From Candidatus Latescibacterota bacterium (lineage in GTDB: Bacteria; Latescibacterota; UBA2968; UBA8231), in contig OZ242005.1 of the NCBI GenBank assembly GCA_965204725.1, positions 2,816,001-2,880,000 on the forward strand: a stretch of 64,000 bases of DNA, given 5' to 3'. Position 1 is the stretch's first letter. Every line of letters begins with the position of its first letter. Position numbers and translations under genes: made by a program. Below are positions 36,181-46,337 of this stretch, in pieces. The notes under the pieces were generated by a model. The model searched no databases and had not been told where the DNA came from. It saw only the letters and a program-made list of their open reading frames with translations.

Positions 36181-38843
36181 TAGTTCAGCCCCGCGTAAAT
36201 CGTCACAAAGGATTCGTTGGTCGTCCGCGCCTCCTGCCCGGTGAACTGCTTGCGCTCGATTTTCATGCCGGTCAGGGCGCGCAGCTTGTAGCCGAGGTAG
36301 TTGGACTCATTGCTAAACTGGACGGCTACGGTCACCGCGTTGAAGTCGTTGGCGTCGGTGTCGAAGTCGTTGAAAATCGCGTACTCCACGCCGGCCTGAA
36401 TTTTGGTCACCTGCAAGACCTGCGTCTCCACCAAACCTGAAAACAACTCCATCAGACTGGTGTGGCTGTCGAGCGAGAGGAGGCTGCGGCTCTGCTTGCG
36501 GAACTCGCTCTTCCAGCGCGGCTCCAAAGACCACGCCCCGAGCTGGAAGCGGTAGCTCGCTTTGTTGATCAGGCCGAAGAAGAAGTCGGAAGGGGCCAAG
36601 TCGTATTGCTGCCGCTGGGCCTTTTCCATCCGCTGGTGGAAGTAGAGCCAGTGCATCTTGGTCATTAAAAAGAGCGACGCCACCTGTAGGTTGTGGCCGA
36701 TAAAGAGCTGATTGACCCAAGTGTCGCGCGCCAACAGCGGGTCCTCGACCTTGGTCAACTCGCCGCCGCGTAGCGTATTGTCCGGCGCCCATTGCAACAG
36801 GGGGTTGGGAATGTCGTCGGCGACCAGCTTGCTCATCTCGAATACCCGGAAACGACCCAACCGCGGCGCATCGCGCTCGTACGTAAACATTAGGTAGGTG
36901 CTCTCGTTTTTGCGCGCCGAGGAAATCAGCCCCTCGCGCAACGCGCCCACCACCAAGCGCGCCCGCGGCGTGAGGTCGGCGCCGAGGTGGATGTTGAAGC
37001 CCCGGTGATCTCGGCGATACGGATAATCCGGCTCCTCGTCGTTTTCGTATTGATCGACCCAAAAGTTGTTGTTCATATCGACGCCAAAGAGAAACTCGGG
37101 CCGATCGACGTAAAACCGCAGAAACGCCTCCTCGTAGTCCGGCTCGGTATTCGAGCGGACGAACGTATCGTTTTGGTTGAAGTCGGGCACAAAGTCGTTG
37201 TTTTGATCCCAACCCGGAAAGACTTGCAAATCGCCGCTGAGAAAGTCGAAGCGCACGTTGTCCGGGAATTTGTCCTGATCGTCGTTGTCATCGACCAAAT
37301 CGACCAAGCCGCGCTCGTTGTCGTAGTCGAAGTCCCCGGTGCCCGAGGTGATAAAGGTCTGGGTGTTGTAGCGCGGGTCCATACTGTAAAACTCGCCGAA
37401 GGCAAAGTAGGGGGCGGCCTTTTTAGACACATTTACCATCCAAGCGGGGGCCGAGCGTCGGCCGCCGATCCCAGAGAATGCCTCGTGGGTCTCCTCGAGC
37501 ACGTTGGGGTACTTCCGATAGCTCCAGCTCAGATCGTACTCGCCGTATAGATCGAAGCCCCGCAGGTTTTGCAACTCGACGCTGCCGCCAAAGATGTGGG
37601 TCGCGGTGGGCAGGCCGTACTCAAAGCGGATGGTCTGCAAATTGGTGATGTCTTGGACGTTGCCCTCGGCTTGTGCGACGAGCAGCAAGACCTCTTGGCC
37701 GTCGAGGTTGATCTGGCGGTCCGAGGTCATCCAGACTTGGTAGTCGTTGCCCAGCGTCAGCAGGAATTCAACCTTGGCGATTTCGTCCTTGGCAAAGCGG
37801 GCCTGATCGACAAAGCTCGGGCTGTCGAAGTCGTACACGAGCCGCATCTCCTCCGGCCCGTTGGCTGCGACAAAGCCCTGCTGCAAGAAGCCGCCCTCGA
37901 CGATCGGCTCAAAGCCAATGGCCTTGCCCGATTCCTTTGAGCCGTCGCGATAGGTGATTTGCACGTCCGACGCATCGGGGAAAAAGGCCGCGCCGCCCAT
38001 GCCGTCTTCGGGCGAGTCGTCGCGCAGCACCAGCTTGATGAGCGAGATGGTCTTGTTTTGCCCGATGGTCAGCGAGCCGGCGAATGGGTTGCCGGCCTGC
38101 TTGTCGAGCAAGGTGTGCGACTGGTGGGCGTTGGCCGTGTGCAGCGCGACTTCGGCAAAGTCGCCGATCTGCGCCCCCAATCGCCCGCCCGCCAAGATGG
38201 TGTTGTTCGTCCGCAGGACCTCGCGGTCTCCGGTTGAGCCGCCGCCGGGGTTGCTCAGCCGCGAAAACAAAAAGGTGGCTTCGTAGCGGTCGGTGGCGAG
38301 GTCGAACTGCACGCCGTCCATGCGGGCCTTGGCAAACACCATCGGCGACAGCACCGAGCGCAGGCGGCTGCTCGCCGTCAAGGTGTAGAAGTATTGGCCC
38401 TTGTTGTCTTGCGCCACCACGACTTCGGAAAACCAACTCTGGAAGCGAGAGGACTTGAACAGCACGTTGCCGAACTGCTGGGGCTTGCTCTGCGAGTTGT
38501 TGAAAATCAGCCAACCGCGCGTGAGGAAATTGCCGTATAGATCGTAGAAGTAATCGCCCTCTAAGGTCGTTTCTACGTAGCGCTCGTAAGGGTTGCGCGC
38601 ATAGTTGGTGTATTCCCACTGCCGCCATTGGTACTCGCTGTACAGCTCTTGCGGCACGTACCAGCGCCGCACGGCCGGGTCGAGCGCGTTCAGAGCCACC
38701 CCGGGGCCTTGGGGCGCGAGACGGGTCTGGTCGCCGAGCTGCAAGCCCAAGCGCGTTCCGTACTGGTCTTGCGCCGCGCCCGGCGCACCGAGGGCACTCC
38801 ACAAAACTAGGAGACCGCAATACAGTTCGGTCTTTGGTCTCAC
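36180..38843 (-). CDS. Large secreted/outer-membrane protein, family A copy 2
   Basis: AAGGAGG before GTG 38843; signal peptide; same motif series as 27563-30250; ends ESFVTIYAGLN. Confidence 0.7.
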   Translation of the reverse strand: MRPKTELYCGLLVLWSALGAPGAAQDQYGTRLGLQLGDQTRLAPQGPGVALNALDPAVRRWYVPQELYSEYQWRQWEYTNYARNPYERYVETTLEGDYFYDLYGNFLTRGWLIFNNSQSKPQQFGNVLFKSSRFQSWFSEVVVAQDNKGQYFYTLTASSRLRSVLSPMVFAKARMDGVQFDLATDRYEATFLFSRLSNPGGGSTGDREVLRTNNTILAGGRLGAQIGDFAEVALHTANAHQSHTLLDKQAGNPFAGSLTIGQNKTISLIKLVLRDDSPEDGMGGAAFFPDASDVQITYRDGSKESGKAIGFEPIVEGGFLQQGFVAANGPEEMRLVYDFDSPSFVDQARFAKDEIAKVEFLLTLGNDYQVWMTSDRQINLDGQEVLLLVAQAEGNVQDITNLQTIRFEYGLPTATHIFGGSVELQNLRGFDLYGEYDLSWSYRKYPNVLEETHEAFSGIGGRRSAPAWMVNVSKKAAPYFAFGEFYSMDPRYNTQTFITSGTGDFDYDNERGLVDLVDDNDDQDKFPDNVRFDFLSGDLQVFPGWDQNNDFVPDFNQNDTFVRSNTEPDYEEAFLRFYVDRPEFLFGVDMNNNFWVDQYENDEEPDYPYRRDHRGFNIHLGADLTPRARLVVGALREGLISSARKNESTYLMFTYERDAPRLGRFRVFEMSKLVADDIPNPLLQWAPDNTLRGGELTKVEDPLLARDTWVNQLFIGHNLQVASLFLMTKMHWLYFHQRMEKAQRQQYDLAPSDFFFGLINKASYRFQLGAWSLEPRWKSEFRKQSRSLLSLDSHTSLMELFSGLVETQVLQVTKIQAGVEYAIFNDFDTDANDFNAVTVAVQFSNESNYLGYKLRALTGMKIERKQFTGQEARTTNESFVTIYAGLN

Positions 38844-38895
38844 AACAACCTCCTTTAGTGCCCGTAGGATTGCAGAGGACTGCCCACGAAGCACT

Positions 38896-41800
38896 TTAAT
38901 ATGCAACCGCGATGAGGCGGGTGCGGGTCGTCCCGCCGGCCCCTTCTGCATCGGCCTCCACTGCAATCTGACACAAGTATAACCCCGGCGGCACCACCTG
39001 CCCGGCCTCGTCTTGGCCGTCCCACCTAAATTGCTGCGGCCCGCCAGTCGCCAGCCCGGTTAGTTGTCGTACGCGCCGGCCGGCCAGCGTGTATAGATGA
39101 ATGGTCAACGGCCGCATAGCCTGCACTCGGAAGAGGGAAAAACCAATCTCAGCCGTTTCGTTGATCCCGTCGCCATTGGGGGTAAACGGATTGGGTGCGA
39201 TGGCAATATCGTCGATGGTGGCCCGCGCCCCTTGCGCGCCAATGGACAGGCCCTGCGAAGGACTCAAAGCGGTCGCGTCGCCCCCGTCGGCCCCCTGCCA
39301 AGGCGTCGCCGGCTGGCTCTGCCGCACGGCGACCTGCATCCGCGTCCCTTGGAGGTACACCCGCCCAGCAAAGCGCACGCGCAACAGCCGACCGCGACCC
39401 ACCACCCAACCCCGCTGACCGCCCAGCCGACCATAGCTTTGCTGGTCGAGGCTGTCGCCGGCCGCGTCAAAGGGCACCTGATCGCCCAACCCTAGCACCT
39501 TGCGGAAGTAGCGCACCGGCCCCTGCTCGTCTGCGCTGAGCGCGTCGTACGCGGCCGCTTCGACTTCGGCCAAGCGGCCAGTTACCAGCCGACGAAAGTA
39601 GCGCACGGCCCCCTGTTCGGCCTCTGGCAAGAGGCTGTGCGAGGTAAAGGTCAATAGGTTGCGGTCCAGTCCAGTGGGCACCTCGTCGCCGGGATGGACC
39701 GAGCGGTAGTACACGGGCGTGAGCACCTCGGCCGGGGCGCCCTGCACGGTCTGGGGAAATTCCAGCCAGAGGGAGTCGCCCTCGGCGCGGACTCTGACCT
39801 CGCCGTCCCACTCAAGCGGCGTTTCGGTTGACACCTCGGCCTCGGTGCCCAAGGCCGCATCGACGAACCTTAGAGCAAATGGCGGCTCCGCGTGTAAGAC
39901 CAATTGGTTGAAGCCCGGGCTGCGCACGGCGGCCGGCTGCTGCAAAAAGTTGGGCTGCACGTAGAGCGCGAAGGTGTCGAGCACCCCGGCTGCGGCCGCG
40001 GTCGGCCACACTTCGGCCCGCAGGTGCTGGGCCACCGGCTGGTGAAACGCGACCCCAATGCGGTGTAGGGCCGGTGCATTTTGGCTGCTGCTTTTGAGAC
40101 GCGCTTGGATCTGCATGAAGCGGCGCAGGCTCGGCGAAGTGGCCAAGTCCCCAGGCTGCAAGTAGCGCTGGCTCCACGGACTCCAGCCCGGCCCCACCAC
40201 GACGGTCGTGTCCGAAGGCCCCTTGAGAAAGCCGGCCAGCGTCTTGTACTCAGCCGCGGTCTTCTCGTTGCCGGTCTTGTCGAAATAGCGGATCTGCTGC
40301 AAGAGCTGGTCGCCGGTGCGAGTGCGAATCTCCACGTCCGTGCCCGGGGGCGTACTCGCCTCCCAGAGCACTTCGCCCAAGGCCACCAGTCCGGGCAACT
40401 CGATTAGATCCGATTCCAAGACCACCTCGGCCGGTGGCCCCTCGGCGAACAGCATGAGTTCGTGATGGAACGACCAGAACTGATTCATGTGCCCGGTGCC
40501 GCCGGGGCCGGTGGCCCTAAATCCCGGCGGCACGTGGCCGATGGTGATCATGTCGAGGAAGCGGGTCAGAACAGGCGGGTCCTGAATGTCGGCGATGTCG
40601 AGGAAGTGCCCAGCAAAGACGTTGCGTTCGCGCTCCTCTGGACTGATGCGCCGCCACTTGAGATTGCCTTGGGCGTCGCGCTCGCCCGTGGAGGCGCGCA
40701 TGATGTAGCCGCGCTCTCCACTGCCCACCAAGCGGATCTGAGCGAGGCGCACAACGCCCCCTATATCTATGGTTAGCACGTTGGCGGTGGGGTTTTTCGG
40801 GTTGCGAATCTGGTGTGAGAAGCCGGTGCTGGCGTCGCCGTCGAACAAAAGCAGCGTATTGGTCCCATCGGTCGTCAGCCCGTACGAGCCGCCGTTTTCA
40901 ATCAGGTTGATGGACAAGTTGTCGCCCCAGCCGTGCGCTTCGACCTCGGCTAGGCGCGGCAGCTCGCGGCGATAGTAATCCCGCCGCCCTTGGCGCTGCG
41001 CCTCCATCGCTTGATAGGTGGCCTCGTCAACAGGCTCTTCGCGGCCGGCTACGTCGCGGGCAAAATAGACTATATCCCCGCGCTCTGCTTCCGGCAGGGC
41101 CTCCCACGCCTCCTGCGAAATCGGTTCGGCCCGGCCGCCGCGCGTATCCGTGACGACGATGCGGATCGTCTCGATCTTCCGCCCGGTCCACGTTGGCGAG
41201 CGGCGCAAGCCCTCGGCGAGCTGCTTGTCGCTGACGACGCCCGTGGCCGGGGGGAGCTCGGGACTGGTGTGTTCGCTCTCGAAAATGTATTCGCGCTGTG
41301 TGGTATTGGGCGCGTCTTGCGGGATGAAAAGCTGAAAGCCGATGCGGTTGTTCGGCTCGTGCAGCAGCGCACTCTGCCGGTCCGACAGCAGCAGGATGAA
41401 GCGCAAAAAGGGATCCCCCAGCGACTCATCGACGAACTGGAGCTTGAGCCGCTCCACCGGCACCACCCGCCCCAAATCCACCTCGATCCACCACTGCTCG
41501 ATGGGGTCGCGCGGGTCTGGCTCCCAGAACGTGGTGGGGTCGCCGTCGAGAATGTTGGCCGCGAGGTGTGGGTTGGACCCCACCCGACTGATGCCGGGCC
41601 GCACCCAATAGTCAAAGACCAATTGGCTGAGCGTATTCCGTATCGGCTCGCCAAACACATCGAACTGCATGGTGCTGTCGATCGTGCCAATGCGCGGGTC
41701 GGGCTTGCTGATGACGATTGGCCGCTTGAACCCGGGATCGTCTAGGACATTAAAGACCGTCCGCAGCGCGTGTGCCCGCACCGAGCCGTCGTCGTGGATG

Positions 41801-41955
41801 CGCGCCAGATGGGTGGGAATGGACCACTGCTGCCAGTGGCTGGCCCGCTCGACTACGACTTCGTCGCCGACGATCTGATAGCCCGACTGGGCTTCGGCCC
41901 ATGCCCAACTTAGCATTAGGCCGACGAGGATCTGCACGACCGAGAGGCTCTTCAT
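38896..41955 (-). CDS. Secreted protein with two discoidin-like regions and FlgD-Ig/CTD C-terminus (long type)
   Basis: Signal peptide; DGDPTTFWEPD..DP..QWWIEVDLGR; second FDGD; WSPWS; PNPFTPNGDGINE...WDG...VPPGLY...AVAY-stop. Confidence 0.75.
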   Translation of the reverse strand: MKSLSVVQILVGLMLSWAWAEAQSGYQIVGDEVVVERASHWQQWSIPTHLARIHDDGSVRAHALRTVFNVLDDPGFKRPIVISKPDPRIGTIDSTMQFDVFGEPIRNTLSQLVFDYWVRPGISRVGSNPHLAANILDGDPTTFWEPDPRDPIEQWWIEVDLGRVVPVERLKLQFVDESLGDPFLRFILLLSDRQSALLHEPNNRIGFQLFIPQDAPNTTQREYIFESEHTSPELPPATGVVSDKQLAEGLRRSPTWTGRKIETIRIVVTDTRGGRAEPISQEAWEALPEAERGDIVYFARDVAGREEPVDEATYQAMEAQRQGRRDYYRRELPRLAEVEAHGWGDNLSINLIENGGSYGLTTDGTNTLLLFDGDASTGFSHQIRNPKNPTANVLTIDIGGVVRLAQIRLVGSGERGYIMRASTGERDAQGNLKWRRISPEERERNVFAGHFLDIADIQDPPVLTRFLDMITIGHVPPGFRATGPGGTGHMNQFWSFHHELMLFAEGPPAEVVLESDLIELPGLVALGEVLWEASTPPGTDVEIRTRTGDQLLQQIRYFDKTGNEKTAAEYKTLAGFLKGPSDTTVVVGPGWSPWSQRYLQPGDLATSPSLRRFMQIQARLKSSSQNAPALHRIGVAFHQPVAQHLRAEVWPTAAAAGVLDTFALYVQPNFLQQPAAVRSPGFNQLVLHAEPPFALRFVDAALGTEAEVSTETPLEWDGEVRVRAEGDSLWLEFPQTVQGAPAEVLTPVYYRSVHPGDEVPTGLDRNLLTFTSHSLLPEAEQGAVRYFRRLVTGRLAEVEAAAYDALSADEQGPVRYFRKVLGLGDQVPFDAAGDSLDQQSYGRLGGQRGWVVGRGRLLRVRFAGRVYLQGTRMQVAVRQSQPATPWQGADGGDATALSPSQGLSIGAQGARATIDDIAIAPNPFTPNGDGINETAEIGFSLFRVQAMRPLTIHLYTLAGRRVRQLTGLATGGPQQFRWDGQDEAGQVVPPGLYLCQIAVEADAEGAGGTTRTRLIAVAY

Positions 41956-42052
41956 GGTTTGGCGATCTCCTTCGCGCTGCATGAGTGGATGCAAAAACTA
42001 TTAGGTAGGGGGAAAACCTAGGGCTGTCAAGATGGCTGTGACCGGCTAGCCG

Positions 42053-43813
42053 CTACCAATCCACAAAGACGGCCACTTGGTCTTTGTACTGATCTCGCAA
42101 CTGGCCGATAAACGCGCCGATTCGCTCGTTTTCTCGCTGGCGGCGCAAGCTGGCGGCCACCCGGGGGTGCGCCTCGGCAAAGGGCTGGATCTGGCCGCCC
42201 TCTCGCCGCAGCACCCGGAACACCGCGTACCCGTCCATGCTCTCTAGCGGGCCGACGAGTGTCCCAACCTCAGCAGCAAAGGCCGCTCGCACCAGCTCGG
42301 GATAGCGCGGCTCATACAGGCGCAGCAGGCGCGTCTCCGAGCCGTGCTCGCGCACCCCGTGCCCTTCAATGCCAACGTGCGAGCGCACCCCGGGCCGGTC
42401 GAGCAGGTCGGCGATGGACACGCCAGCCTCCAACTCGGCGCGCAAAGCCGCCGCATCCGCTCGCTCAGCGGTCCACAGCTCGTGGACGACCACGGCCTCT
42501 TGGGTGCGGTAGCGGTCCTTGTGGGCCTCGTAATGTGCTCTGATCTCGTCCTCGCTCGGCGCGGCCCCAGCGGTGGCCCGTTGGAAGAGCTGATTGAGGA
42601 TCAGGGCACGACGCTGGTGTGCGCGCCATTCGACAAAAGCCGCCTCCGCGGTCCAGCCGCGCTGACGCGCCTCGGCCTCAAAAAGCCGCACCGGCAGCAG
42701 CAAACGCCCGATTCGCTCGGCGGCCTCGTCCGGCAACAGGCCCTGCGCTCCAACCGCCTGTAGGCTGCCCAGCCCCTCGGCCACGCTGATGACGCCGCCC
42801 TCATACACGTAGAAGGGATGGCTCAGTTCATCCGCCGTCAGGGGTTGGTCTGAGTGCCGGAGCAAAATGGCCTCGCCCGCTGGATCTTTCCGCACATCGT
42901 AGCGCAGGAGGAGGCGTTCAAACTCCTCTTCTTCCTTTTCTCGTATCCGCTCCTTGCGGAGCTGCTCGGCGACTTCCGTGCTGTAATCGGCAAGCGCGGC
43001 CGGGCGATCCTCAATAAAGCGAAAGACCTGATAGCCGCCGGCCAGCGCGACCGGCTCCGCGACCTGTCCAGCGGGCAAACCCGCAAAGATGGAGGGCGGG
43101 ATGGAGAACCGCCGCATGGCCTGCGTGCGCCCGATCCAGCCAACCACCCCGTCTTGCTGCGAGGCGAAGAGATCGTTGGCGGCAAAGCGGGCGGCTACTT
43201 GCTCAAAAGGCTGGCCGGCGCGCAGGTCGCGCCCAACCGCTGCTAGCTCCTCGCGGGTGCGCACCAAGATGCGACTGAAGAGCCGCTCGCGGTCAAACCC
43301 CATCTCGGCGAAGGCGCGCTCGACCTCTTCGGCTGTGATCGCCACCTGCGGCAGAATGACTTGGGCGCGATAGTGTTCTACGAGGCGTTGCCGCACCATT
43401 TCGCGGAGCGGGCGCTCAACCGCCGAGCTGGTGTCGATTCCAAGGGCGCGGGCCTCGGCGAACATCAGCTCTTCGTCGATCATCGACTGCAAGTGTTCCC
43501 GGTCGGCGGCCCGCCCTTCTTGGGGACTGCGCAACCCCGGCGGCAAGCGCTCGACAAAAGCCGCGAACTCGGCCTGCTCAATTTCCACCTCGCCGACCCG
43601 GGCGATGATGGAATCGTCCTCGCCGCACCCGGCCAGCAACACAGCTAGCACACTGAGAAACCTAAGAAGCGTTCTAAAAATCGGGATTTCAGTCTCTGAT
43701 TTGGCTTGGCTCTTTTCTGGATTCCCGCTTTCGCGGGAATGACGGCTAGAGTCGTCGGGCGAGACTAGGCCAAAAGCAACGTGAGTTTTAAGAACGCTTC
43801 TAAGATAGCGCAT
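42053..43813 (-). CDS. PpiC/parvulin-type peptidyl-prolyl isomerase lipoprotein (SurA/PrsA-like), with a MITE inserted in the signal peptide
   Basis: Lipobox LLAGC; IARVGEVEI; two parvulin-like domains (RILV...FEQVAARF...GVVGWI; AAF...G.LVGP...GYAVFRV). Confidence 0.85.
   Translation of the reverse strand: MRYLRSVLKTHVAFGLVSPDDSSRHSRESGNPEKSQAKSETEIPIFRTLLRFLSVLAVLLAGCGEDDSIIARVGEVEIEQAEFAAFVERLPPGLRSPQEGRAADREHLQSMIDEELMFAEARALGIDTSSAVERPLREMVRQRLVEHYRAQVILPQVAITAEEVERAFAEMGFDRERLFSRILVRTREELAAVGRDLRAGQPFEQVAARFAANDLFASQQDGVVGWIGRTQAMRRFSIPPSIFAGLPAGQVAEPVALAGGYQVFRFIEDRPAALADYSTEVAEQLRKERIREKEEEEFERLLLRYDVRKDPAGEAILLRHSDQPLTADELSHPFYVYEGGVISVAEGLGSLQAVGAQGLLPDEAAERIGRLLLPVRLFEAEARQRGWTAEAAFVEWRAHQRRALILNQLFQRATAGAAPSEDEIRAHYEAHKDRYRTQEAVVVHELWTAERADAAALRAELEAGVSIADLLDRPGVRSHVGIEGHGVREHGSETRLLRLYEPRYPELVRAAFAAEVGTLVGPLESMDGYAVFRVLRREGGQIQPFAEAHPRVAASLRRQRENERIGAFIGQLRDQYKDQVAVFVDW
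43666..43800. mobile_element. Complete MITE, family B (135 bp, 15-bp TIRs, TAA target duplication)
   Basis: TIRs GAAGCGTTCTAAAAA / TTTTAAGAACGCTTC (14 of 15 match), flanked by TAA on both sides; REP at 43717-43743. Confidence 0.88.
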
Positions 43814-43870
43814 CGACTTTCATCTTTCTAGGGCCGGCCTTGCAAGGGGGAATCCGCAAGCGAGCCGCCT

Positions 43871-43899
43871 TTGACCCCAGCCTCTGCTAGGGCTACATT
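43871..43899 (+). promoter_or_regulatory. Putative sigma70 promoter of the substrate-binding protein gene
   Basis: TTGACC-17-TACATT. Confidence 0.5.
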
Positions 43900-43962
43900 C
43901 GCGCCGTCCAGATCATAGAGGGCATTCCCCTATAGTACGGCCGTTTAGATATCGAGCTAAGT

Positions 43963-45699
43963 ATGAGAAAATTCTCGCAAAAGACAAAACTCGTCGCCTT
44001 GGGCTTGCTCGGCGGCTTGGCCCTCGCCGCCTGTGGCTCGGACGAGGGGGCCATAAAGCACGTCCCCCGCAACCGCACCCTCATCCTCGGCCTGCCGCAG
44101 ATGCGGGATTACGACTCGTTCAATCCCTTTATTGTCGGAACTCAATCTCCGGGGTTCGACTACCTGTTTGAGCCGCTCTATTTCTACAACGCGTACGTAG
44201 AAAAAGACCACGTCATACCTTGGATCGCCGAAAGCCACGAGTACAACGCAGACTATACGGAAGTGACGATCCGCATTCGCACGGGGGTGGCGTGGAGCGA
44301 CGGGCGGCCTTGGACCGCCCACGATATCAAGTTCACCGTTGACATGCTCAAGGCCCACGCCCCAGAGCTGGCCTTTTCCACCGACATGGACACTTGGGTC
44401 GCTGCGGTCGAAGTGCCGGATTCGCTGACGGCGCGGTTCGTACTCAAAGCACCCAACCCCCGCTTTGTGTTTTCCTATTTTACCTACAACTTTGGCAACG
44501 GCATCCACATCGTGCCCAAGCACATCTGGGAGGGCGAAGATCCCACCTCGTTCAAAAACCTCGACTTGGCCCTCGGCCTGCCGGTCGTTAGCGGCCCCTA
44601 TCGCTTGGCGCACTCTGGGCCCCAACAGCGGCTCTGGGATCGGCGCGAGGACTGGTGGGCGGCCCAAATCGGCTTTCAGCGGCTGCCGAGCGTGGAGCGG
44701 ATCATCTACCTAACCCAAGGCGACGAGAACAAGTGGGTCCAGCTCATTCTCGCCAACCAGATGGATCAGTGCATTGACTTGCGGCCCTCCAACATTAAGA
44801 CCCTCCTCGACCAAAACCCCAACGTCACCACGTGGTCGGGCCGCCAGCCGCCCTACGGCTATCGGGACTGGTGGCCGCCGGCCCTCGGCTTTAACAACCT
44901 AGAGCCGCCCTTCGACGATCCAGACATTCGCTGGGCCGTAAACCACGCGATTAACCGCGAACAACTCGTGGCCATCGGCTGGCAGGGTGCCGGCGAGTAC
45001 ACCCTTTTGCCGTTCCCCTATTTCCCGCCGCTGATGCACTATATAGACCAAGTTCAGGATTTGCTAGCCAAGTATCCGGTGGGGAAACACGACCTAGCCC
45101 AGACCGCCGTCATCATGGAGCGCAAAGGCTGGCGCAGGGATGCGGAAGGGATGTGGAACCGGGATGGCGAGCGGCTGAAAATTCCGGTCGTAGTCTTTCC
45201 CTCGCTCTTCCAAGACTTCACGCCCGTGCTCGTTGAGCAACTGCGCCGTGCGGGTTTCGACGCCTCCTTCCGCATGTTTTCCGACGCCTATACCCGCATG
45301 ACTCAGGGCACGGCCCGCGCCTTTGTCATGGGCAACGGCGGGTCCGTGCGCGACCCGTACTTCACCCTCCGGTTCTACCACAGCCGCTACATCCAGCCCA
45401 CCGGCACGGCCGCCCAGTACTTTTGGCGCTGGGGCAACGCAGACTTCGACCGCTTGGTCGATCGGATGGGCCAGACCTCGCCGGACGACCCGGCGCTGGT
45501 GCCGCTGTTTCGCCAAGCCCTCGAGATCTGGCTGGCCGAATTGCCCGCCATCCCCCTGCTCCAGTGGTTCCACCGCATCCCCCACAACCAGACCTATTGG
45601 AAAAACTGGCCCTCAGCGGAAAACCCTTACATGAACAGTGCCTATTGGGTGCGCTCGTTCTTGATCGTGCTGTTGGGATTGGAGCCGGCCCAGCCCTGA
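43963..45699 (+). CDS. ABC transporter substrate-binding lipoprotein, family 5 (peptide/oligosaccharide)
   Basis: Lipobox LAAC; FEPL, PWIAES, GVAWSDGRPWTAHDIKFT, SGPY, PFDDPDIRWAVNHAINR. Confidence 0.92.
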   Translation: MRKFSQKTKLVALGLLGGLALAACGSDEGAIKHVPRNRTLILGLPQMRDYDSFNPFIVGTQSPGFDYLFEPLYFYNAYVEKDHVIPWIAESHEYNADYTEVTIRIRTGVAWSDGRPWTAHDIKFTVDMLKAHAPELAFSTDMDTWVAAVEVPDSLTARFVLKAPNPRFVFSYFTYNFGNGIHIVPKHIWEGEDPTSFKNLDLALGLPVVSGPYRLAHSGPQQRLWDRREDWWAAQIGFQRLPSVERIIYLTQGDENKWVQLILANQMDQCIDLRPSNIKTLLDQNPNVTTWSGRQPPYGYRDWWPPALGFNNLEPPFDDPDIRWAVNHAINREQLVAIGWQGAGEYTLLPFPYFPPLMHYIDQVQDLLAKYPVGKHDLAQTAVIMERKGWRRDAEGMWNRDGERLKIPVVVFPSLFQDFTPVLVEQLRRAGFDASFRMFSDAYTRMTQGTARAFVMGNGGSVRDPYFTLRFYHSRYIQPTGTAAQYFWRWGNADFDRLVDRMGQTSPDDPALVPLFRQALEIWLAELPAIPLLQWFHRIPHNQTYWKNWPSAENPYMNSAYWVRSFLIVLLGLEPAQP

Positions 45700-45807
45700 G
45701 GCTGCTCTCAATTCAATAGCGACTTGAGAAACCGATGGGAGAGTAATCAGGATTTTGGGGTGGGCATAACGCTCTGGAGCGTCGTAGAGAGGTCTCAACG
45801 CTGTGAA

Positions 45808-46008
45808 TCATTCTAAATTCAATCTCGAATTTTTTAATAGTTTTCCGAGTGTTCCTTTTTTTAAGCTCCTGTTTCCGTGTACTGGTACTGTTAATATTTC
45901 CTCTCTGTCCGATTTTGTATAAATGTGATGACTGCCGCGAATGCGTTGCAGTATCCAACCATTCCGCTCCAACAGTTTACAAAAATTTTTCCCTGAGATC
46001 GCCTTCAC
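45808..46008 (-). CDS. hicA: Type II toxin-antitoxin toxin HicA
   Basis: LERNGW...RIRGSHHIY...TVPVHGNRSLKKGTL. Confidence 0.93.
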   Translation of the reverse strand: MKAISGKNFCKLLERNGWILQRIRGSHHIYTKSDREEILTVPVHGNRSLKKGTLGKLLKNSRLNLE

Positions 46009-46208
46009 AATTCCATTTCTACGAGGCGCACTTTTTCAATGGATTGATGCCTTTCAGACGCTGTTTCCAGCCAACCCAATGCGGCCTCTTTAATGTTCGT
46101 CAAGGTCTCGTCGAGTGTTTCGCCTTCTGATACACATCCTCGTAAAGCCGGCACTTCTGCCCAGTATCCACCTTCTTCGGCTTCATAAAGCAAAATTTTC
46201 AACTTCAT
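46005..46208 (-). CDS. hicB: Type II toxin-antitoxin antitoxin HicB (short form)
   Basis: EEGGYWAEVPAL.GC.SEGETLDE...NIKEA; GTGA overlap with hicA. Confidence 0.92.
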   Translation of the reverse strand: MKLKILLYEAEEGGYWAEVPALRGCVSEGETLDETLTNIKEAALGWLETASERHQSIEKVRLVEMEL

Positions 46209-46337
46209 ATCGAACTCCTAACGCCATTTATTCTGGGTGAGAAATGAACTGTTGGGCAACATAGCCGAAATTCAAAAGGGCGTCAACAAACACTGGCTAC
46301 CATCCGGGCCAAAAGCCAGTGTCCCGCCGAGTGGTTT

